DNA of 64,000 nt from an uncultured Prevotellaceae bacterium (lineage in GTDB: Bacteria > Bacteroidota > Bacteroidia > Bacteroidales > UBA3663), in NCBI GenBank assembly GCA_964567855.1, contig CAZMOE010000010.1, positions 7,531 through 71,530 of the forward strand, written 5' to 3'. Within the stretch, counting starts at the first letter, position 1. Each line of letters starts with the position of its first letter. The notes below the pieces were generated by a model. That model had not been told where the DNA came from and searched no databases. It was given only the letters and a program-made list of their open reading frames with translations. The translations under genes were made by a program, and so were the position numbers. This document shows, one piece after another, positions 58,444 through 64,000 of the stretch.

Positions 58444-60867
58444 ATGAAGAGTTATGAAGATGGGTTGCTGAAGATGAATTATTGTTGTAAGCTGATAGCA
58501 TTTTTACTCTTTATCAGTTGTGTATTCTTAAATGCAAAGGCGTATGAAACAAAACGTTTCAGCGATTGCATTTTCAGCAATATGCAAAATGGTGATGGGC
58601 TGCTTGAACCTAAAGTGAAGTCTTTTCTTAAAGACCATAAAGGATTCATGTGGTTTGTCACGCCTTCTACACTCCAAAGATTTGATGGCATAAAAATCGA
58701 GCGGTATGTGTTTGATGATGGTGTCAAGCACTCCCTTAATTGTATTACGGAGACTTCTGATGGAAATATTCTTGCGGGAGGAGGTATGGGCATTTGGCAA
58801 GTGGACGCAAAAAATAATACGCTAACTCGTTATGCACCGAATTTGAACACAAAAATCCATGCTCTATCTGAATTCGGAGATAAATTGCTTGCGTGTGGGG
58901 AAGATGGGTTGTATTCAATCGAACGTTCGGGGAAGTATAAAAAAATATCTGACGTATCGTATATAAAAATTATAGTTGATCTTCCCAATCGGGCATATCT
59001 GCTTGCTACCGACGGTCTATTTTGTCTGACAGGAGATAAGGTTGAACGCATTGGTAACATCGGTACCCAAGTAAAGTTCACCGGTATGTCAGATGCGGAC
59101 CGTACTATCCTTATAGGTACGGATGGCAGTGGAATTTACGGTTTTGATAAGATAACAAATTGTTTTCGTCCTTTATTCGAAGCAAACAACCAGAGCATTA
59201 CAGTAATAGACAGCAACAAGGATAGAATCGTATTGGGCATAAAAGGTGGCGGAATTCAGATAATTGATAAAAATACAGGTCAGACCGAAGAAAGGCTCAC
59301 CTCACATCCCGATGCAGAAGGTAAGCGGCTTTTGGATGATAATGTAGCTTCGATAATGATAGACGATCTCGGAATCATTTGGATTGGCTACGACTCTTAT
59401 GTGGGCGCTGACTATATACAATATCGTAACAAGTCCTTCCACCTTTTTAATGGGGGTGGGAAAATCCCTTATGAACTTGCTTACTATAAATGCGAAGTTA
59501 ATGATACGAGTAAAAAGTTTGTTACTGCTAAAGGTACATATATCTGTGATGCATTGGGAATTAGATTCTCGAATGATATTGCTGCCGATGAAATAGCCAA
59601 TGGTGGAAACTTGGTCTGTGAGGATAGTGTGACTTTCAGTGGCAAAGACAATAAAGAACGGGATATGAAAGTGGTCAGGAAGAAAGATGCTTACGTTTTT
59701 GATGAAAAAATTGGCCATCAAAGAAGAATATGTACTCCTGAAAATGATCATTTTCTTGGAATCAATATAGAGAAAATTTTACAGGATGCTAACAATAATT
59801 ATTGGATCATCGGTTCTCGTGGAGTAATAAAGGTCAATCCGGAACTTACTACCTATACACTATTTTCAACAACCGAGGGATTGACAGAACCCTATGCATC
59901 AGACGGAATAATATATCGAGACACGCTTTGGGTAGTAACTCCACATGGAGTATATTTCATGGATATTAATGCGACTCCTGACACTTTTACTACTCGACTT
60001 ATTGATATTAATATCAATGGTCTACCGGCATTTTCAAGGTTTGAAAAAATGATTTCAGAAGGAAAGGAACTGCGACTTAAGAAGAATGAAACCAACATAG
60101 AATTTAGTTTTGCCACACTTTCCTATGACAATCCATATAAGATGCTGTACGAGTATAAGTTGGAGAAGGGGGGAGAAAACGCAATAGGAGGCAAAGAATA
60201 TTGGACCACACTTAGAGGTATCAACCATGTGGAATTCAAAAATCTTGAGCCTGGCAGATATACTTTTACCTTACGCAAGCAAATGGATAATTCCAGAGCC
60301 ATCATAGTGAATTTTGAAATTGAAGGCAAATCATATTTTTTATATTGGATGATTGCTGTTGTAATCCTTGCTTCAGTGGCCGGCTGTATCTGGATAATCC
60401 CTCGACAATCCAAGAAATCAGATGAAGAAGAGGCTATACTTGCCATGTCTACATCTGAGGCAAACGAAAATCCTTATGCCTCGGAAGAAACTGCAGAGAA
60501 ATATAAATATAATATTCTAAGCGATGAAGATGCAGAAGTGATAACGGCTCGACTTAAGGACTATATGGAAACTGGAAAGGAATATTTCAACCCAGACCTA
60601 AAGTTGAACGATGTAGCAAAGTCATTGGAAGTGACGCCTCAAGTGCTATCTCAAACGTTGAATACCAAGATGAATATTCGCTTCAATGATTACGTCAACC
60701 AACTTCGGATCAATGCTTTTAAGGAGAAACTTGAAAAAGCGGATAAATCGAAGTTTACGTTGGAATCGCTTGCTTTACAATGTGGTTTTAACTCATATTC
60801 CACTTTCATAAGGGCATTCAAAAAGATTGAAGGTATCACCCCCAACGACTATATCAAGAGCATTTAA
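58444..60867 (+). CDS. Membrane-spanning AraC regulator (beta-propeller, Y_Y_Y, TM, AraC HTH)
   Basis: D..G..W propeller repeats, YEYKL..LEPGRYTF, TM, FNDYVNQLRI..CGFNSYSTFIRAFKK.EG.TP. Confidence 0.9.
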   Translation: MKSYEDGLLKMNYCCKLIAFLLFISCVFLNAKAYETKRFSDCIFSNMQNGDGLLEPKVKSFLKDHKGFMWFVTPSTLQRFDGIKIERYVFDDGVKHSLNCITETSDGNILAGGGMGIWQVDAKNNTLTRYAPNLNTKIHALSEFGDKLLACGEDGLYSIERSGKYKKISDVSYIKIIVDLPNRAYLLATDGLFCLTGDKVERIGNIGTQVKFTGMSDADRTILIGTDGSGIYGFDKITNCFRPLFEANNQSITVIDSNKDRIVLGIKGGGIQIIDKNTGQTEERLTSHPDAEGKRLLDDNVASIMIDDLGIIWIGYDSYVGADYIQYRNKSFHLFNGGGKIPYELAYYKCEVNDTSKKFVTAKGTYICDALGIRFSNDIAADEIANGGNLVCEDSVTFSGKDNKERDMKVVRKKDAYVFDEKIGHQRRICTPENDHFLGINIEKILQDANNNYWIIGSRGVIKVNPELTTYTLFSTTEGLTEPYASDGIIYRDTLWVVTPHGVYFMDINATPDTFTTRLIDININGLPAFSRFEKMISEGKELRLKKNETNIEFSFATLSYDNPYKMLYEYKLEKGGENAIGGKEYWTTLRGINHVEFKNLEPGRYTFTLRKQMDNSRAIIVNFEIEGKSYFLYWMIAVVILASVAGCIWIIPRQSKKSDEEEAILAMSTSEANENPYASEETAEKYKYNILSDEDAEVITARLKDYMETGKEYFNPDLKLNDVAKSLEVTPQVLSQTLNTKMNIRFNDYVNQLRINAFKEKLEKADKSKFTLESLALQCGFNSYSTFIRAFKKIEGITPNDYIKSI

Positions 60868-62183
60868 CGACAGTTTCCAAACACCTGTTCAAGAACCCAT
60901 TCAGAAGCCAACTTCACGCTTTCTCCAAAGTTGAAGTGGCCATTGGTGTAGGTATTATACACGGTTTTGGGTGCTTTAATCTCATTCAGCATACTGAAAA
61001 TTGATGTTGGAGAACATGTGTCGTCATTATATCCGAATGAATAATAGCCGGGAACCTTAAGTGTTCGAGCGAAGTTTACGACATCGTAATAATCCAATGT
61101 GGCGAGGACATCGGATTTATTCTCTTCCGCAACCTTAACTTCCTTGAAATATTTGGGCCACCCGCCTGCTCTTTCGAAAGCAAAACCTTTAAGATCGCAC
61201 AAGGCCGGATAATAGGCGCAGACATGGGTCACTTTCGGATTGAGAGCTGCGGTTATTATCGACAAGGCGCCGCCCTGACTTCCATCCATGGTCACGACAT
61301 GCTTCCCGTCCCACTCTGGCAGTGAGCAAAGATAGTCGACACATCTTGAGCATCCTGCATATACCTCCTTGAAATAGCAGGAATCCCGGGAAGTGATTCC
61401 GCGTTGCCAATATCCCCATATCTCACCTGAACGGTCTTTCTGATAATTTTCGGAAGATTCGGGATTGAGGCCGTGGATGTCGACATTAAGCACGATAAAT
61501 CCTTTTCTCGCGAAATCTGTCTGGGGCCATCTTTTATAGGGGCCTGCCCCCGGAGGACAGAACATTACAGGATGTTTCTCATCATCGTTCGGCATTGACA
61601 GATATCCATAAAAGCTACGCCCGTCTTTGCCTACGTTGAGCCTTATGAGGTATACGCTGACCTTATCGTCGGAATATTTTGACATCTTGTGGATTTCGGG
61701 ATTGGGATCAACATCCGCAACCTTTTCGAGTTCTTTTTTCCAAAAACTTTTGAAATCCCTGGGCATCTTTGTGAAAGCCTTGATCTTTTCCGGCTCCACC
61801 CCGATCTTCACTACATCCCATATTTTCTGATTATGGACTTCGAACTGAAAATTACACTCCCTGAAACAAGGCTTCTCGCAAGGGCTCATGTTGATTCTTG
61901 CGATTCCGTTTTTAAATTTTACAGAATCAGTGAGTGTCGGAGGCTGCATCTCATCTCCGTAGGAATAATGCACCGTCACTCCGTCCAAGGGAATGCCGCC
62001 CTTATATGCTGAAATGGTGACGACCGGGCTTTCTCCTACCTTATAGGTCCTGTCGTTGTGATCGAGAGTGACAATATGCTCCAGATACGGATGTTTGACA
62101 AGTGTAGGTTTGTTCTGGGCGATGCATGGCTGAAACGCAATCATCACGCACAATATTCTGAATAAAATTCTTTTCATTTTCAT
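60864..62183 (-). CDS. Acetylxylan esterase / CE7-like alpha/beta hydrolase
   Basis: P.DF..FW, GSQGG, YPAL.D, YYDVVNFAR, D.TC.P and GH motifs. Confidence 0.9.
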   Translation of the reverse strand: MKMKRILFRILCVMIAFQPCIAQNKPTLVKHPYLEHIVTLDHNDRTYKVGESPVVTISAYKGGIPLDGVTVHYSYGDEMQPPTLTDSVKFKNGIARINMSPCEKPCFRECNFQFEVHNQKIWDVVKIGVEPEKIKAFTKMPRDFKSFWKKELEKVADVDPNPEIHKMSKYSDDKVSVYLIRLNVGKDGRSFYGYLSMPNDDEKHPVMFCPPGAGPYKRWPQTDFARKGFIVLNVDIHGLNPESSENYQKDRSGEIWGYWQRGITSRDSCYFKEVYAGCSRCVDYLCSLPEWDGKHVVTMDGSQGGALSIITAALNPKVTHVCAYYPALCDLKGFAFERAGGWPKYFKEVKVAEENKSDVLATLDYYDVVNFARTLKVPGYYSFGYNDDTCSPTSIFSMLNEIKAPKTVYNTYTNGHFNFGESVKLASEWVLEQVFGNCR

Positions 62184-62221
62184 AATGCAGTTCAATTGTA
62201 ATGGATAATAGTTTATGGATT

Positions 62222-64000
62222 TTACTTGTTCGTGCTAAGGTCCGGACCGACATATCCCGGTTTGAATCCTCCCTCATCGATCACTATCCTCTGTATCACC
62301 AGGCCGGGATCGATACTTCGTAACTTAAGCTTATGTTTTTTCGATTTGCTTGACAAAGGAAAATCGAATGAAGACAGAGCAGAATTGCGTAAGACATTTT
62401 CATTCCATTGCGCCGACCACTCCTTCGGGAGGTATTCATGGATTTGCTCGTCGCCGTCATCCACACTTATCGCGAAACGGCACCGGGCCCCTTCATACAA
62501 GGGGAAGAAGGGCAGATGAAATACCCGGAGAGTGACACTGTCTCCTTTCAGATCCTTCAATTCATATACAATCTCCGGAGACGTGGCGTATGCTTTCTCA
62601 TCTTCACCCAGTTTTATCACCAGCCCGTCATAACCGAGCCCTTCAATGAGGTTGGCTGAAATCTGCGACTTATAGTGGCGCAAATCTATCGTACGACATT
62701 TCAACTCAGTGTTTTTCCCGGGTTGATTCAGGCTGAAGGTTTTCTCAACTGCGTCAGGATTCTTTACCAGATGTGCGTCATTTTGATATTTAGCACACCA
62801 GCCGGGAGCCAGCTTCATCATCCCCTTCCATTTGCCATTGTTGATGGAATTATATCTGTCTGTTAGACTACGTATGCTGTCGGCAGCCTCCTCCGAAAGC
62901 CGGGCGGCATAATTTGCCTCCTCATAGTTTCCCGCTTCATACTTCTCACCGTTAAGCTGAGCGAAAAGAAATTTGCGTGTCATCATTTCCGATGCAAGCA
63001 CGGGATATCCTACCAACTGATAAAACGGTATGTGGAGAGAGTCAGGCAGGCTATTCATCAATTTCTGGGTCTTTGCCGCGAGTTTACCGTAGTCATTGAT
63101 TCTTTTTACGGCATCGGCATAATTGGTGAAGGAAAAGTCTGTCGGGCCGGTATCCGCACGGGCCGGTGAATTCCATTCCAGCTCCCACCCCATGAACTCT
63201 GGTTTCCTGATCCAGGCAAGCCGATAATACTCGTTCATGATGTATGTGAGATCATTCTTGAGACCGGCTCCGAAAACCGAAGCAAGCCATTCCGGCTGGT
63301 GATTGTTGATTCTGGAGAAATCATATCCTTCAATATTCCAGGCCAGATCGAAGAAGGTCTGCATGTCCAGTTCCGCCGGCTTGATGTCTCCTACATTGAG
63401 CAGCCAATATCGGTCAGCCCCGGTCTTATAGGCTTTGTGAAGTTCATGATACATCAGCACCGGGGGGGTGGTGCAGAGCCAAAGATAATCGTGTGGTCCT
63501 CCTAAATATGATGTATGGTAATAGACACCTGAACCTCCTTTGCGTTTTTGCTCTTTAGGATTCGATAGTCCTTTCATATAACCATAGTTATCGTCGGGCC
63601 ATACAATTATGATATCGTCAGGAATCTTCATTCCCATCCGGTATAGATCAAGCGTCTCCTTGTATGGAACGAAAATCTGGGGAACCTCTTCAGCCGGAAG
63701 ACCGAATTGACTGGAAAGCATCTCTCTTTGATCCGCAATCACCTGATGAAGGAGATCGATACGTTCCTCTACTGGACGGTTCCGGCTCATGGCTTCATCA
63801 TGGAGGCCGCGCATTCCGATGGTATAAAGGTTTTCATATTGCGCGGCTTCCTTCAGGCGGTTGCGGAATTTATTCCTTATCGTCTCTCCGTTCAGGCCAT
63901 AATCCCAGACCCCGTCGATATTCTTATCCCATTCAGATCTGGCGGCATTGTTGAAGAGCATTGGCTCACAATGGGATGTAGTGATGATTATTCCATATTC
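62222..64000 (-). CDS. Glycoside hydrolase family 115 (alpha-glucuronidase-like); 3' part, starts beyond the window
   Basis: TSHCEP, IGMRGLHD, VPYKE, WPDDNYGY, GGSGVYYH, NVGDIKPAE; frame open to the window edge. Confidence 0.92.
   Translation of the reverse strand, partial: EYGIIITTSHCEPMLFNNAARSEWDKNIDGVWDYGLNGETIRNKFRNRLKEAAQYENLYTIGMRGLHDEAMSRNRPVEERIDLLHQVIADQREMLSSQFGLPAEEVPQIFVPYKETLDLYRMGMKIPDDIIIVWPDDNYGYMKGLSNPKEQKRKGGSGVYYHTSYLGGPHDYLWLCTTPPVLMYHELHKAYKTGADRYWLLNVGDIKPAELDMQTFFDLAWNIEGYDFSRINNHQPEWLASVFGAGLKNDLTYIMNEYYRLAWIRKPEFMGWELEWNSPARADTGPTDFSFTNYADAVKRINDYGKLAAKTQKLMNSLPDSLHIPFYQLVGYPVLASEMMTRKFLFAQLNGEKYEAGNYEEANYAARLSEEAADSIRSLTDRYNSINNGKWKGMMKLAPGWCAKYQNDAHLVKNPDAVEKTFSLNQPGKNTELKCRTIDLRHYKSQISANLIEGLGYDGLVIKLGEDEKAYATSPEIVYELKDLKGDSVTLRVFHLPFFPLYEGARCRFAISVDDGDEQIHEYLPKEWSAQWNENVLRNSALSSFDFPLSSKSKKHKLKLRSIDPGLVIQRIVIDEGGFKPGYVGPDLSTNK

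Overview
Bacteroidales chromosome window. The evidence is the TAnnTTTG promoters, the bat operon, SusC/SusD pairs and Prevotella-style T9SS C-terminal domains; the last argue against gut Bacteroides sensu stricto. (1) 1-2450: AT-rich edge of a type I CRISPR-Cas locus, with the 5' part of an HD+helicase cas3, a degenerate Bro-N-like remnant and a WYL regulator, all on the minus strand; no array is in the window. (2) 2480-27800: housekeeping block of ileS, dksA/traR-like, lspA, DUF4296, dacB, rsmI, coiled-coil lipoprotein, HAD, metA, moxR-DUF58-batABCDE, an HTH-regulator/OM barrel pair and rpsA. (3) 28000-30000: PrsW-family protease and an orphan small ORF. (4) 30100-56260: pectin (probably rhamnogalacturonan-I) PUL with three T9SS-type proteins (PL9, an uncharacterised Fn3-like protein, PL1) and a fasciclin-SusC-SusD-fasciclin-fasciclin-like-SusC-SusD operon. 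(5) 56500-64000: IS4 remnant, SGNH esterase, kinase-less sensor-AraC regulator, CE7 esterase and a partial GH115. I cannot demonstrate a wholly new system from the sequence alone. The best leads are a terminator/antiterminator-like RNA switch before the susCD operon (39856-40047), the WYL/palindrome/Bro-remnant control region of cas3, and the non-catalytic T9SS protein inside the PUL. Family calls come from motif recognition, not database searches, and all RNA pairings were done by eye.
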